Assembly (NCBI RefSeq): GCF_026210795.1
Contig: NC_089429.1
Coordinates: 7,440,001 to 7,504,000 of the forward strand
Reading direction: 5' to 3'
Length of the DNA: 64,000 bases
From: Rhizophagus irregularis
Taxonomy: Eukaryota
The number at the start of each line of letters is the position of its first letter. Position 1 is the stretch's first letter. Under the pieces are notes generated by a model that searched no databases, had not been told where the DNA came from, and saw only the letters and a list, made by a program, of their open reading frames with translations. Positions 1-14,700 of this stretch are shown piece after piece. A program made the translations under genes and the position numbers.

Positions 1-2404
1 AACCTCAAAAAATGGCATCAACACTTTAGCCAATATGGGAATGAGTTCAACGTATCAAACTGTTTATAATATGTTAAAAAAAAATGCAGATGATCATAAA
101 TCTAGTGTTCGCACATATATTAACAGTCATGTAAGTTTATTCTCGAATTAAAATTATTTTTTTTAAAAAAAAAATTGCGATTTTAACATAATTTTATTAT
201 ATATATAGTCTAACAGTCTTCTTATCGGTTGCATTGATGATTACCATAACCTTCATGGTACACGAATCCCATCTGTAACGTCAATTTCCCAAATTTCACA
301 TATGGCGACCATATTATTCAATAATGTTAAAATAACTCCTATTCCCTATATTTCTTCAAGTAATACTTCTATACATAATCCTAATGGGGTTGATGCTTCT
401 ATTTTGAAGATAACACTTTGGGAAAATTATATGATTTCATTTGCCATGAGCTACAATTCATTGAAAACCCATTGGGCTCAATTTCAAGACATTACTACTG
501 CGAATGAGTCAAGTCTTTTGGAATCATTAATAGTACATTCATATGATGCTGATCTCTTCGAAAGATATGGACGCAAGTTTACTGAAATAAAACCTGTTGA
601 TCTTATCGAATTAAATCTTAAAAACACAAAAGACTACCTTCAAGCTATAAAGAGCTTTATTGAGTTAGTCTAAATGCATTTGGTTAAATTAAAAATAAAA
701 TTTAACTAACATTAATGTATTTAAAATGCATAATAGATTACCTGAAATACAAACGTATTTGAATAATTATGTTATTCCTATTCCTGCAGATTTTCCCGGT
801 CAGCTCTATATTAGAAAAGCCATTGTAAAAAAATTAGAATCGGATAACTCCAGCATCCCAAGAGAGATTACTCATCTGCTCCCATTTTTGGGACCTTTGC
901 TTCTATCACTTAACACTAGAGAATCTGTTTTCTTAGTGTTTTAGGGGTTCTTTGATTTAATGTATAGAAGGGTGTTTGGAATGAAAAAAAAGTTGGCTGC
1001 GAAACCCAAGCCATGGAGAATAAATTTACTATTATATTTGGCGCATGCAGGCTGGCAACTAATTAGAAAATATGTAAAAGAACGTTTTAAATTATCAAAG
1101 GCCGTAGGATATCTAACATTCCTTGATCTTCTTGATAATTTAATACCTTCTTCTTTAGATATTTACGCCACTTTGTTTCGAGGAAACCATTTTGAAGAGT
1201 ACATTTCTACAGCATTTCATTTGTGGACTGTAATGAGAGATTTAATCGGCATAATTATGATAAAATCTTACTGGCATTTCTATCAGACATTCATTATTGG
1301 AAACAAACATAGCATCCTATTATTGATACGTTGAAAAATAGTTTGAATAAATTTGATGAATATGCTGTAGAAAATTTCCATAGCTTACTACGACGACATA
1401 CAAATGCAAAAGTATCAACAGCCGATTCACTGAGGCGTGATGCTTTATTTTTGGATCATTTCCGGCATGATAATCTATTTAACACTTCTTTTGCACCAAA
1501 GCGTGACTATCCATATAAAAAAAAAGATCTGGACAATTTAGTAAAAAAAACTGCCCTTTTTCTTTTAGATTTTTTTGATGGAATATGGCAGAATAATGGT
1601 CAAATAGAAAAAAAATGGAGGGTAAAGTTAATAAAAAAACTTATTATTATTTTTCGTACATAATAGAATCTCGATTTTCTGCTGGTGTATTACCTATTGG
1701 ATATCATTCAACAGTACCACCAAGTATCAATAAGTTTTGTGATCATGTTAACTGTGCCAATTTTACAGATGAACATGGAGAAGTATTAATATGCGGCCAT
1801 GCATATCATGAAGAATGCTTTCAAAAACTAGGTCTTCGATGTCACCATTGTTATTCTTAGGGGAGTTACACATATCACGTAATATTCATTTTCTTATAAA
1901 CCTTACCCCCCCCCCCCCCTGTTAGATTTCATAACCAATCAAATTATAATATTTATAAATCATATGATTTAAATAAGTGTAACGTAAAATTTTAACTACC
2001 CCCCTCCCCCCCTATAATAATTACATAATATGTGTAAGCTCCCTTATCTAGCTACTTCTATTGATGAATTAACACAGTCATATAACAATCGGTTGCATAT
2101 GGATGAAGATATAAATAATGAATTTGATATAAAGAACGAGAAACAGTCCGAAGACTGTGAATTTGATAATGCAGAAACAATAAATATTCATAAAACAATT
2201 GATATTGAATTGAGTGAAAAAATATTAGGTATCTTCTGTAAAGTTTTAAAATTTGAAATTTTATTAAAATTTACACTAATAATAAAATAGCCTTTGCAGA
2301 AAATAGGATTCAAATACCTCCTATGCAACAGCCATTATATGATATTTCAAATTGTTATCAACAATCTGGATCACTTCATAATGTAGAGGAAAATTTACTA
2401 GCAT
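1..2404 (+). pseudogene. Fragmented DDE transposase, probably P-element-like, with C-terminal RING-like Cys/His cluster; introns, stops and frameshifts; truncated by window start
   Basis: Collinear ORF pieces 302-673, 726-944, 960-1334, 1331-1663, 1615-1860, 2030-2290 with motifs IDDYHN, ADFPGQ, LGPL(H)LSLN, DEYAVENFHSLLR (resembles P/THAP9 QDxxExxFSxxR) and CGHAYHEECF..CHHC. A matching terminal repeat ends at 2881. Confidence 0.55.
1860..2043. mobile_element. PIF/Harbinger (Tourist-like) MITE
   Basis: TIR ggggagttacacatat / atatgtgtaagctccc; TTA duplication at 1857-1859 and 2044-2046. Removal restores the frame CYS-YLATSIDE. Confidence 0.8.
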
Positions 2405-2888
2405 GATTTGTATCAACTGAAATTGATAATACTCAAAGTACATTAGAATTTTTCTTTTAATAGGCGTAATGGTAAAAATTGCAAGTATTTTTTTGACATT
2501 TTGTAGTTATTGTATAGGTTATTATATAGGTTATTGTATAGTTATTCCTGTATTATATGGATTATTATATAGGTTATTACATAATTAAAGATTCTTAAAA
2601 AGTATTTTCACAGGTTGAACACGAAAATAAAAGTTTGCTTTATCAATTATGCGTAATTTCAGCAATATTATAAATAAGGGTTATTAAATTTTGTGGTAAC
2701 GTGAAAGCAAAATTATTGGCTAACAGGGTGTTGATCATCACGTGAAAATTAACCAATAGATGGATTTTTACCTATGCTGATAAATATAAACAGTGAAAAC
2801 GCGGTGGGGTGTGATGCCGGCGATGAATATTACAAAATCACGTGGGGGTGGAAAAAGTGTCGGTGATACTGGGGAAGATCGTCTAAAG

Positions 2889-3870
2889 CAACTACCCCAG
2901 TATCGCCATAAAATTTTTCCACCCCCACGTGATTTTGTGGCGTCTGAATTTTAATTGGCGCAATGTTTATTTCGCATGTATTATTACGTTTATCATAGGA
3001 AAAAAAAATCGAAAAAAAAGTTGAAAAATTCAAAAAAAAAGAAAAACTGATATTTTTCCTTTAACATATTAATCATTTTATTACTTTTACAATAAATACA
3101 TTTGAAAATAATTCTTCTCACTTTATTAAATTTAATTTTAATAAACAAATAAATATTTATTGGTATTTAGAGTCAAGTACATTATTCCATAAATATTAAA
3201 GCTAATTTAATAAAAATCAATATTTAAGTAATCCTACATCTGCTAATACTTTACTTAATCTCTAAAGGCTTGTTTCATATAACAGAAGTACCAAAATTAC
3301 GCTGTAAAGTGAAAAAAATCAACCGCGTGTGGCACAGTAGTTTCCATACAAAAAATATTCATATTGTTGCAAATATTATATTTGAGTGGTTCCATACCTG
3401 CTAAACAACTTAGTCTAAGCTACCTAAACCTATAACATTTAACTAAAGTCCTGAAATTACACTACAAAATAAAAAACAAATACAACTCAGTAATTTCTTT
3501 TAAAAAACACCAATATTTTCACAAAAACAATATACATACTTGTTAAATAACTTTCTTTAAGCGCTAAAACCTTGTTTTATTTAGCTAAAATATTCACAAA
3601 ATCTACAAAAAAACGCGTCTATTGTAAATAAAATTAACTATAGCTTTATAACAATATTCTACACTCTAGCTTTTAAATTTTTTATTGTTTAATAGATTTT
3701 TTAAAGAATATTTTAACGTGAAAAAAGTGGGGAGAAAAAAAAGAAAAAAGGGGGAGAGAAATAGTTTTGTTGTAACGAATAAACAATAAACAAATATAAA
3801 CTGATTGTGCCACCGCGCCACCCAAGTCACGTGGGGGTGAAAAAATTTTATGGCGATACTGGGGAAGATG
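2889..3870. mobile_element. Non-autonomous P-like TIR element
   Basis: ~45-bp TIR caactaccccagtatcgccataaaatttttccacccccacgtga / tcacgtggggtgaaaaaattttatggcgatactggggaagatg; 7-bp duplication tctaaag at 2882-2888 and 3871-3877; CA...TG ends. Confidence 0.75.
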
Positions 3871-4790
3871 TCTAAAGCGGAGTAGTCACGTGACTTTAAG
3901 GAAAACCCCATTTTTTCAAAATATAACTTTTTAAAATATGTATAGCCTTTAATTAAGCCTATAATAGGTGCATTTTGGCCTGCTTCGCAAGTTTAAATTT
4001 AAATTGAACTTTCCAAATTTTTCCAAGAGTTATATTATGTTTGTTTGTTTATTGTAAACCCCCTCCCTCAAACTCTTTATAAATTCTGGATATTAAACAA
4101 TCAATCAAATTGAAATAACTTTATATATACAATTAGATAAATTTTTTTATAAAAAAGTCAAATAACTCAAAAACGGTATTTAAAGCCTTATTTTGTACTC
4201 TAAGTAGAGGGAGGTATTTAAATATATTTATTATTATATGTATAATAGAATATACTAATCCTATGTGTAAATTGACTTCAGTATTAGTTTTTATATTAAA
4301 AATAAAAATAAAAATAAATATGTTTAATAGAATCCAGATTTTTGGAAAAATAGAGGAGAGAAGTAGAGAACAGCCTAATGTTAAAAATCATATGATTACT
4401 TCACTTTAAATGTCTCCTATTTTTGTTATATTATTACATAATGACTTGTTTGTGTTTTTATTATTATATTTTTGAGAAGTGCCTTATATCATAGTCTAGA
4501 TACTTATTCTAAACTATCAAATTGATTAGATGGAAATTGTTTTAAATAATATTTGTATTAAAAAAAATTTTGCAATGTTATTTTTTTAAAAAAAATAAAG
4601 AAAATAAAATTTAACTTCTTAAAGTAATTTTTTTTGAACTTAATTTACCAATCCAGATGTTTATTCTATGCATTTATTATAAAAAAAATAAAGTTTTAAT
4701 ATATAAAATAATTTGTTTTATATAAAATACATTTAAGCTGATTGTTAAAAATCTTTAATAATTTTTTTTTTAAACATAATATTTTTAAAA

Positions 4791-4945
4791 GAAATAATTT
4801 ATTTATCGCACGTGCGATGCAAATTTTTATGTTTATCATTGCCATTTTAAGGGGGGTGGCGATGTATAAGCAGGTTGATCAACATAAATAATTTACAAAA
4901 AAGGAAAGTGGCGATGCATCGCACGTGCGATGAATAAATTTACTC
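4791..4945. mobile_element. Mutator-like (MULE) MITE
   Basis: Inverted repeat aatttatttatcgcacgtgcgatgc / gcatcgcacgtgcgatgaataaattt; 9-bp duplication tttttaaaa at 4782-4790 and 4946-4954 (low complexity). Confidence 0.6.
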
Positions 4946-5399
4946 TTTTTAAAAAATAAAAAATAAAAATAAAGAAAAAAAAGTAAAAAAAAGTACTAAG
5001 ATTTGAGAAAAGTATTGCAATATTATATTATTATTCTGTCAATGATTTAAAGTGACTGAAAAACTTTAATGCTTTAACAGGTTAACTAGAGTTTAACTTA
5101 ATAGGAGAGTCTTAAGTTGATCACAAATAATCATGTAAATAATATTGGATGTTCAATTAAAGAAAATAGGTTTTTATTAAATAATATAAAACTTTGAATA
5201 CAATAAAAAATATAAATAATCTTTTGTTTATAAAATTAACTATCTTGAATTATATTACTGAAAATAATACTCTTTTCGTATAATTTGAAAATTACAATAC
5301 AATTCTTAACTACCAAACTATCTGTCTTTTAACTAAGTAAAATCCTTATATTAATTATAATAAAATTTAAAAATGAAAATAATTGATAAAATAAATATA

Positions 5400-5536
5400 A
5401 TAAATAAATAAAATAAAATAATTATAACAAATAAAAATAAAATAATTATAACAAATAAAAATAAAATAATTATAACAAATAAAAATAAAATAATTATAAC
5501 AAATAAAAATAAAATAATTATAACAAATAAAAATAA
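5400..5536. repeat. AT-rich tandem repeat, ~24-bp unit (aaataaaaataaaataattataac) x5
   Basis: Direct repeats read from sequence. Confidence 0.9.
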
Positions 5537-6246
5537 GAGAGTTTTTTTTTAGCCAGTTTAAACAAAAAATAATGAAAGTTACACAAGATGATAAATGAAG
5601 TTACATGCATGGTAAGAATGGAAGGGAGGGAAAAATGCCAAGATCTGGGCAATCTTCACAAAAATAATCAGGACAACAATATGTCCTCAATACAACACAT
5701 AAATGACGGACGGTCATAACAACAAAAACAAAAAGGATATTTAGTAGGTGGTGAAGCAGATAAAGAAGATATACACCCAGAAACAAATAAACTAACGTTT
5801 GAAAAGGGGGACTTTTAAAGGATCAAGACAACATAGAAGAAGTAGTCAAATCCTTGATAAACAAAGAAAGTATTAACGCATTCTTAGCAAAACAAAGGCT
5901 AAGATTTGTTAAGGGGAAATTGAATGATCAAGAGATGAAAAATTCAATGTTTTTAGAAATGCACATTGCAGCACATAATATAGATGGGATTGCTAGTAGT
6001 GCTCCTAACAGATCAGATCAGATTAGATTTTACTTAGATTCAATCTAATCTGAAATTAATTAAATCTGATCTAATCTGATCTGATCTGAATCTGATCGGT
6101 TTAAATTTAATCTGAATCAGATCAGATTTAATTAGATTCAAATCTGATCTGATCTGATTCAAAACTAATTAAATCTAATATGATCTGAATATGATCTGAT
6201 TTGATTTGAATCTGATTTGAATCTGAATAAATGGGCATCTTTAACT

Positions 6247-6372
6247 TACACATCATGTATACGATATTAATGTACGCACTGGCCAGAAGTTAAGTTTAAC
6301 GTTATCACGTGTAAATGCATAACTCCCAATCTTGGGCCAGTGCGTATATTAATATCATACACATGATGCGTA
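6247..6372. mobile_element. Small hairpin MITE
   Basis: ~38-bp near-perfect inverted repeat tacacatcatgtatacgatattaatgtacgcactggcc / ggccagtgcgtatattaatatcatacacatgatgcgta. Confidence 0.65.
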
Positions 6373-7929
6373 CATTAAGGAACCTCCTGAATAAATATGT
6401 TACGGTGCAGAACTTCTATAATAGGAACTTAAAAAAATTTAAATAAAATTTGATTCTATGATTGAATTTTAATTTTATAAAAAGAATTAAACTTTATTTG
6501 TTAAAAGGAATCGATTTAAAAAATAAAAAAAGTCTCAATTTTTTTAGATTATGTAAGCATCACGTGATACATATATTAGCCAATCAGAAATTAGGATTTT
6601 ATTAATTATATGATATGGTGCGTAACACCTAAACTCATCAAACAGTCTGAAATTTCTAAAATGATATTTCACGTGACTTATCACGTGTAATTGATTTTAT
6701 TGGGTAAAATTTAATTTTATTGATTTTAACGGCTTGAAAAAATTTTGATAAAATTTATTCATTCTAACTTATTTAATTCCTCCAAAACATCCTCTGGTAT
6801 TCTCCTGTGAGATTTATATTTTTTTACCGCATATTCCACTAATTTTCCGTCAATACCTTTCCTATAAAGGTCCATATAGCGCCAACATTTTCTTGAAAAC
6901 TTTCTAATAGTAATTAAAGTTACTGAATCAAGACTTTCAGGAACCATTTTTTGCAATCCCTCCCATGAATAATCACAGTTTTCACGAGAATACCTTTTGG
7001 CAGCACCCCAATATCTTTCAATGAAATTTAATTTGCAATAAAATTTAGGGAAAAAAATGCATTTATGTCTTGCATTTTCAATTAATTCTTCAATAGCACC
7101 TTTTTGAGCAAGAAAATCGGGTTCTAAGGATATTACTCGACGTGCACAGCAGGAAGTTCTTGAGCTATCCTGACACTTTTCTTTGCATTTGCTACATTCT
7201 AATACCAATCCTCTGGGTGGCCATTTTCCACATTCCATTAACACTTGTTTAATTCCTTTGGGCTTACCTCGAAGTTTCTCATCATAATGTGTTGTTGGAA
7301 ACACCATTGACTGTAGCTGATTATTTGGCCCAAAGTAAGTATTCCGCATGACTGGTTGTTTACCACCTGGGTTTAAGTTCATTCGACTTGCAACTAAAGC
7401 ATCTTTGCTAAATGCAGCATGATTAGAGCTATTATCAAAAGCAAATACTGCTACACAATCTGGATATAAAGCCTCAAAAATAGGAATTGCTTTATATTCA
7501 ATTTGTTCCAGAAGATGTTCTGCTGTCCAATATCCCTCTTGATTTGTGCCAGGTTTTAAGTAACATCGTGCTGCTTTGGGTACATGAGGATGTTTTTCTA
7601 TATCAGCTTGCTGCAAACGCAGATGTCCATCAACTTCGGTTAGAAATTCACTAACCATAATTGATCTTCCATTTCCTTTTTTTCGTAATGGCATCTCCCC
7701 ATTCCTAGTCCACAATCTGCATTTTCTATCACAGGTCGAACAGATGTCATTGTCGCAAAATTTGCCTGGAATTTTTCTGGCAAATTGAGAATTATCCCGG
7801 TGAATTGGGGTAAATTGTGTTACAATTTTGGGATAATGGAGGTCTTACAATTTGGCAAATTTTGTCAAAATGGCAGAATTCTTACAGAATTCCTAATTCA
7901 AATGTTGAGAAATTTTTCAGTAAATTATC

Positions 7930-8696
7930 ATTAAATTGTGGGAAATTTTAGGCAAATTTTTAGTAATGTTATGCAAACGAAGTGTAAATTGTGGTGAATT
8001 TAGTCAAATTTTTAGTAAATTTATGCAAATGTAATGTAAATTGTGGTGAATTTTAGGCAAATTTTTAGTAATTTTATGCAAACGTAATGCAAATTGTAGT
8101 GAATTTAGTTAAATTTTTAGTAATTTTATGTAAACGTAATGCAAATTGTGGTGAATTTAGTTAAATTTTTAGTAATGTTATGTAAACGAAGTGCAAATTG
8201 TGGTGAATTTAGTCAAATTTTTAGTAATGTTATGTAAACGAAGTGCAAATTGTGGTGAATTTAGTCAAATTTTTAGTAATTTTATGCAAACGTAATGCAA
8301 ATTGTGGTGAATTTAGTTAAATTTTTAGTAATGTTATGTAAACGTAATGCAAATTGTGGTGAATTTAGTTAAATTTTTAGTAATGTTATGTAAACGAAGT
8401 GCAAATTGTGGTGAATTTAGTCAAATTTTTAGTAATGTTATGTAAACGAAGTGCAAATTGTGGTGAATTTAGTCAAATTTTTAGTAATGTTATGTAAACG
8501 TAATGCAAATTGTGGTGAATTTAGTTAAATTTTTAGTAATGTTATGTAAACGAAGTGCAAATTGTGGTGAATTTAGTCAAATTTTTAGTAATGTTATGTA
8601 AACGAAGTGCAAATTGTGGTGAATTTAGTCAAATTTTTAGTAATTTTATGCAAACGTAATGCAAATTGTGGTGAATTTAGTTAAATTTTTAGTAAT
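7930..8696. repeat. Left subterminal tandem array of the CACTA element, 52-bp unit, ~14 copies
   Basis: Unit gcaaattgtggtgaatttagttaaatttttagtaatgttatgtaaacgtaat; copies at 8141 and 8193 are 52 bp apart. Confidence 0.95.
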
Positions 8697-8799
8697 GACG
8701 CCAAATTTACCAAATTTGAAATAAAAATTGTCAAAAATATTACATATATTTTGATATTTATTATATAATCCATTAATATCCCTACATATTCTTCCTACA

Positions 8800-10932
8800 C
8801 CCTTACTGTTCTTTTTCTTTTTCTTTTGAGGTTCTCTTAGGAACATTATCATGAATATGTTCCTGTTCTTGGGACGATGGTTTGGATGATGATTTTTTAT
8901 TTGTTTTTTTCGATTGATCACGTATGTTGTCAATAACTTCCTGCAATTCATCAAGTGCTTCGTTGTTTTTGTTTGTGGATTTTTTATTTTTTGAAATTCT
9001 TTTTGATGATCATGTTTGTTGAGAAGTTTTCCGTGATGATGAGTGGTAATGATGGGGTTTTGGAGGATTGTTTAGATCGTTTGTTTGATCATCGTCCCGA
9101 TGTCTGTGATAATGACGTTTCCTCTTGCTCCAGCTCGTTTACCTCATCCTCACCCTCTTCTTCTTCATCAGATTCAGCATTTATATCTAATTTATCGACG
9201 TTGAGACCTTAAAAGAAAAATTTAAAAAATTTTCTAAAAATTCCGTTCCATAAAAAAAAAAGAGAACGGTAATACTCAATTACCATAACTTTGTTGACTT
9301 TGTTGACTTTGTTGACTTTGTTCCTCCTCTTCGCTCTCCGATTCCGACTCATCATCTGATTCTTCGTCAATAGATTTATGGACTGAGGGAGATTCTCGCT
9401 TTCCGTCTTTAAGTGTCCACCAAATTAAATTTGGTGGTGCTTTCTTATTTTCCAAAATTCATCTTTAAGGATACGAGGACGTACTCTCTTATTTTCTGGA
9501 AAATATTTTTCCACGTACTCGTCAATTGAATGTAGAAGGTTCGTTAACTAAAAATAAACATGTATTAGAAATAGATAAACTTCTGTTGTTTTTGAGGTTT
9601 GGCATTTTTCCAAAATTCGAAAGCATGCAAGGAAATTGATATGTCGAGATTTGGCGAAACCAGAAGTACCAATCACGTATTGATAAAGACATTTTAGTGT
9701 CACTGCGCATAAACAAAATGAATTGTCTGACTTACTTCATCAGATCTCCATGATAATTTGTAAACAAAAAGGTTTTTGCGGTCTGTGGATGCGTTTGGAT
9801 CATTCTCTGGATCACTCTCTTCAGGAGAGTGGTATTCGTTCTTGTTTAATATTTCATTAATATCCTTGATCCCGCGTTTTTTAAAAGATTTTCGATAATC
9901 AGGGTGATTCTTCATGGCTAATGCGCCCTTCATCCTTCGTTCCCGTTTCTGAAATTAAAATAACTATTAGTAATTTTCAATATTACCTAAAAATTTGGAA
10001 CTTGATTAACTTACTTCTGATAAACGGTTGATTATATGGCTCATTATTTTTTTTTGTTTTATTTCTGCCTCGTTAAGCTGGCTTTCTTTCTATTTACGTC
10101 GGCCATTTTTATGCAAATCCGAGAATACATCCCGAACTATACTTAATGTTGCACGAATACCACGTTATTCAAGAAGTGATTGGATACGGGGGATCAGATC
10201 CTTTTCCAATTGTGGTGCAATCTCGCCGAACTTCTTCGTATAATCGATGGGAATTTCATCGATTTTTGCGCTACGAATTAGAATTTTAATTTCGTTCTAT
10301 AAAATGAAAATTGATAAAATTAATGAGTTTAAACGTCACATAAATAATAAAAATATACCAAAACAAACTTTTATTTCTTTTCGATGCTTCTTATTATATT
10401 GTTTTTGTGCTGTCTCTTGCAACGAATGTAGATCTTTTTCAGGAATATATTCCTCATTGTCTTGTTTATCAAGTTCATCTTCGTCATCGTCATCATCAAC
10501 CTGAATATATTCTATTTGTCGATTTTGTCGTGAACGTTTTTGTGAGTTCAGAGAACGCTCCAGCATTCTCGTTATTTGCCCGAACCCAGTGGACATTTGT
10601 TCTTGAATTGACGACATTCCCCGTTCAAGTCGTGAAATACGTTCTTAATGTACAAAAAAATAGTAATTTTTAAATTAAGTTTGCTATTTAATCAAAATTT
10701 CGAATGATCTGCCAAATTATTCGCCAAAACGTAAATTATACCTTTAGTATCCAGACTTGATGACCTATTTAATCGATTATGATTGTGTATTTGGTCGATA
10801 GATTCAGCTGAATTTAAGTGTGATAAAGAGCGAACTGTCCGAATGCCCTGTCCATCATGAGAAGCGTCGATGGATAAAGGAGAATGTAGTGTACGAGTAC
10901 GACGCATTAACAAACTTCTTTTTTTGGTCATT
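8800..10932 (-). CDS. Second, divergently oriented multi-exon gene of the CACTA element (TnpA-like position); exon boundaries approximate, possibly pseudogene
   Basis: Minus-strand exon-like segments (10692-11042, 10336-10617, 9700-9933) separated by GT..AG introns; acidic/basic low complexity; SPEESD...WRS motif. Confidence 0.5.
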
Positions 10933-11739
10933 ATCAGAAAAGAAATGAAGTAAAAGCTAGAAATGTGAAAGGAACGAACGTAAAATTGAAGAAACGTAAA
11001 GTAAAAAAAGAGTTGAGTAAAAAAAAAATTAGAAAGGAACAAAAATAAAATAATTTGAAAATTGTAAAGACGATTTTAATGTAAAGGAACAAAAATTGCA
11101 AAATCGACGTTTGTATTGTAAAAAAAAAATCACTCTTTATATATTTATTCCAATTAAATGTTTTCTTCGCGTAATTGTTTGAAATAATTAAATAATTTTT
11201 GAATTGTTCTATTTTGGTCATCGCTGATTTTGGAAAATAGTTAAATAGTTAAATGATTTGAATTATTCTATTTTGGTCATCGCTAATTTTGGAATTAGTT
11301 AGCCAATCGCTAAGTATATTAAGAATATAATTAAGAATAATTTGGAATTTAATATATAAATTTAGTCAAACAAGGTTACGAGGAGTATACTGAAAGTTAA
11401 ATTTATTGTTATCGCTGATATATTTAAGTATATAATTAAGAATAATTTGGCTATAAAAAGTTAAACAAGGAGTATACTGAAAGTTAAATTTTATTGTAGA
11501 TCTGTTAAAATGTAACATATTCACTTTCGATTATGTATTGATCTACAATTGATGTATTGATGTTCGAAAAAAATATACAATTGATGTATTGAAGCTCGAA
11601 AAAAAATAAAAATGTATATACAATTGATGTATTGATGTTCGAAAAAAATAAAAATGTATCGTCTGATTATTTATTACAGCGAAATGCTGGTATTTTAATT
11701 AAATTCACATTTTGTAAAATTAAATCAAAATTTGAAAAA

Positions 11740-14700
11740 ATGATGAATGTTAATGAAAGACGCGTTAAAACAAGAACTAAAGAAAAATGTTATTGTAATA
11801 AATGCAACGGAAAGTATGTTGATCCAAGAACCAAACAAAAACATTCAATGAGTCTAAGTCTTGATGATGCAACTACTTCAAATGACCCAATGAGTATTGG
11901 ATCGTCATTCGTTAATGAAGAAATCTCTATCGACCCTCAAGAAAGCACATCATCATCAGAAAATTTGTCAACATTTTCTTCGAAAAGGAGAAAACGAAGC
12001 AGGTATAATACTTATTTGGAGCGTGACACTCAAATGCAAAATATAAATGACAGTGATGATAACAATGACAGTAACGAAGAAACTGATAATTATGGCGATA
12101 GCGATGATGAGGATGATAGCGATGATAACGATGATGGGGATGATGGGGATGATAACGATGATGGGGATGATAGCGATGATGGGGATGATAACGATGATGG
12201 GGATGATAACGATGATGGGGATGATAGCGATAATGGGGATGATGGGGATGATGATGGTGAAGAAACCAACATTTTTGAAGATTACTCTCCACCGAATTAT
12301 GATTTTCCAAACAATATTAATGAAAATCTGCAAAATATTGAAGATTGGATAATTGTGTTTGTTTTGAGGTATCAAACTAGGTTTCGGCTAGCAGATACCG
12401 CAATCGATACATTAATTAAATTCATCAAACATATTTTAACAAATTTTAATTACGATCGTTTTAAAGATTTTCCTACTTCGTTGTATATTGCAAGAAAGAA
12501 ATTAGGATTGAAGCATCAATTTGTCAAATTTTCTGTATGTCCTTCATGTCACAAATTACATAATATAGATGATGTTAAACAACACACAATCCAACAACAC
12601 AAAGCAATAAAAAAATGTGGTCATGTACAATTTCCAAATCATCGTTCACTTCGACAATGCAATGCTCCATTATCAGAACAAAAAGAACTAGACAATGGTA
12701 AAGTCGTTAATGTGCCATTATTAATTTATCCGATGCCCAGTATAAAAGAGCAACTTTTACAAATGTATCAAAGGCCAAACTTTGAAAAAAAATCTTAAAT
12801 TATGGGCCGATAGAAGCGTCAACGACCGAGTCTTATGTGATGTATATGATGGTGAAATTTGGAAGAATTTCTCAAATAGTGGAATAATAGTGGATGATGA
12901 ATCTGACGAACAAAGATTTTTCAATAAAGAACATGCGGATGATCATTTGGGTATTATGATTAACGTCGATTGGTTTCAGCCATTTGAAAGGACAATTCAT
13001 AGTTCTGGTGCTATATATGGAGCTATTTGCAATCTCCCAAGAGAATTGCGCTTTAAACCCGAAAATATGCTCATTTTAGGATTAATGCCAGCCCTAATGA
13101 ACCAAGCCTACATCAGATAAATCATTACTTGGCGCCAATTGTTGATCAATTTCAAACTTTTTGGGAAGGAGTGGGATTAGACAGAACTTCTGAACATTTA
13201 TCCGGAAGATTGATAAAATGCGCAGTAATTGCTTGTTGCTGCGATATACCAGCTGCTAGAAAATTATGTGGCCATTATTCAGCCAATGTAAGCTGTCACA
13301 GATGCTTAAAGGTTGCAAGAAATAGAAATTTTAGTGGCATGGATGATATTGACGAATGGTTTGTTGCTAAAAGCGCGAATAGTCATCGAGAAATGGCTTT
13401 GGAATGGAGAAAATGTAAAAGCAACGAAGCTAGAAAAAGACATGCGAAGCAATATCACGCGAGATGGTCAGAAATGCTCCGTTTGTCTTATTTCGATCCA
13501 ATACGATTTTTACCTGTGGACCCGATGCATAATTTATTTATAGGAATTGCATCATTTATCGTAAAACAGCTTTGGTTAGGACATGGTAAAATAAATATGG
13601 ATGATCTGACGAAAATTCAAAAAAACATGAACAATATTCATCCACCATCAGAAATCGGTCGAATTCCTCATAAAATAGATATTGGGGAAGGATTTTCCAA
13701 TTTAACGGCTAACGAATGGAAAAATTTTTTCCTGATTTATGCCAGAGTCGTTCTTTGGGATTTTTTGGACCAAGAAGATCGGAAAATCTTAGTACATTTC
13801 AGCCAAGCTTATTCTATATTAGTCCGAAGGATTGTTACAATCAAAAATTTAGATAACGCATATGAACATTTAATTGAAATTTTGAAACTTATCGAAACGA
13901 ATTACGGAGAAGTTTCAATAACACCAAATTTACATCTTTCATTACACTTGAACAAATGTTGTAAAGATTACGGTCCTCTTTACTCATTTTGGTGTTTCTC
14001 CTTTGAAAGGATGAATGGAATTCTTGGTTGGTATTTACAATAATATTATTCAAATTATTCAGAATTATTACTTACGATTTTACAATTATACAGGGAGTTT
14101 ACCTAATAGTAGACGAAAAATTAAACCGGAAATTATGCGATTTATGATGCAGAGTTCTCAAATTGAACGAAGATTCAATATATTGGCTCTAAATCATCAG
14201 GCCATTTTTCAAATACTTGATTTAAATGATGATACAACTGACGATAATGAAAATGAATCTCTCGAAAGTGAGGAATTACAGGCATTTTTAGACATATCTG
14301 AAAAGCTGGTTTCTGGCGGGGCAACAGGAACGGAGGAATATCCTGGAGAACTTTTAAGTCCGATAAAATTGAATGTCATATTACCGGATGATATTTTGGA
14401 TTTACTAGTTGATTACTACAATCGCGCTTATGAAGAATATAATTTTAGCCGACCATGGTTAGATCCTTCTTCATCAACCGAAAATTACATTGCTGTAACT
14501 GGAAATATCACACAATGTGGCAGATTGCGCATCGGTGCAGAATATTTTGGGTCAATATTATCCAAAAGGTATATTAGAAGCTCTTATATTTTAGCACGTT
14601 TTATAGAACAACGTGGAAATGATATAGACACATATCCCGGCCAGGTACAATTCTATTTCAAACATACAGTTCATCTTCTGAATGGTCTGACGGAACATTA

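Noticed and set aside
7930..8696. Regular repeats as a CRISPR array (also 15190-15845, 34980-36110, 49678-49880, 63240-64000)
   Set aside because: Head-to-tail tandem units without unique spacers, eukaryotic context, no cas genes.
11927..12375. His-, Ile-, Met- and Ser-rich ORFs overlapping the CACTA transposase
   Set aside because: Alternative-frame readings of the 18-bp Asp-coding repeat.
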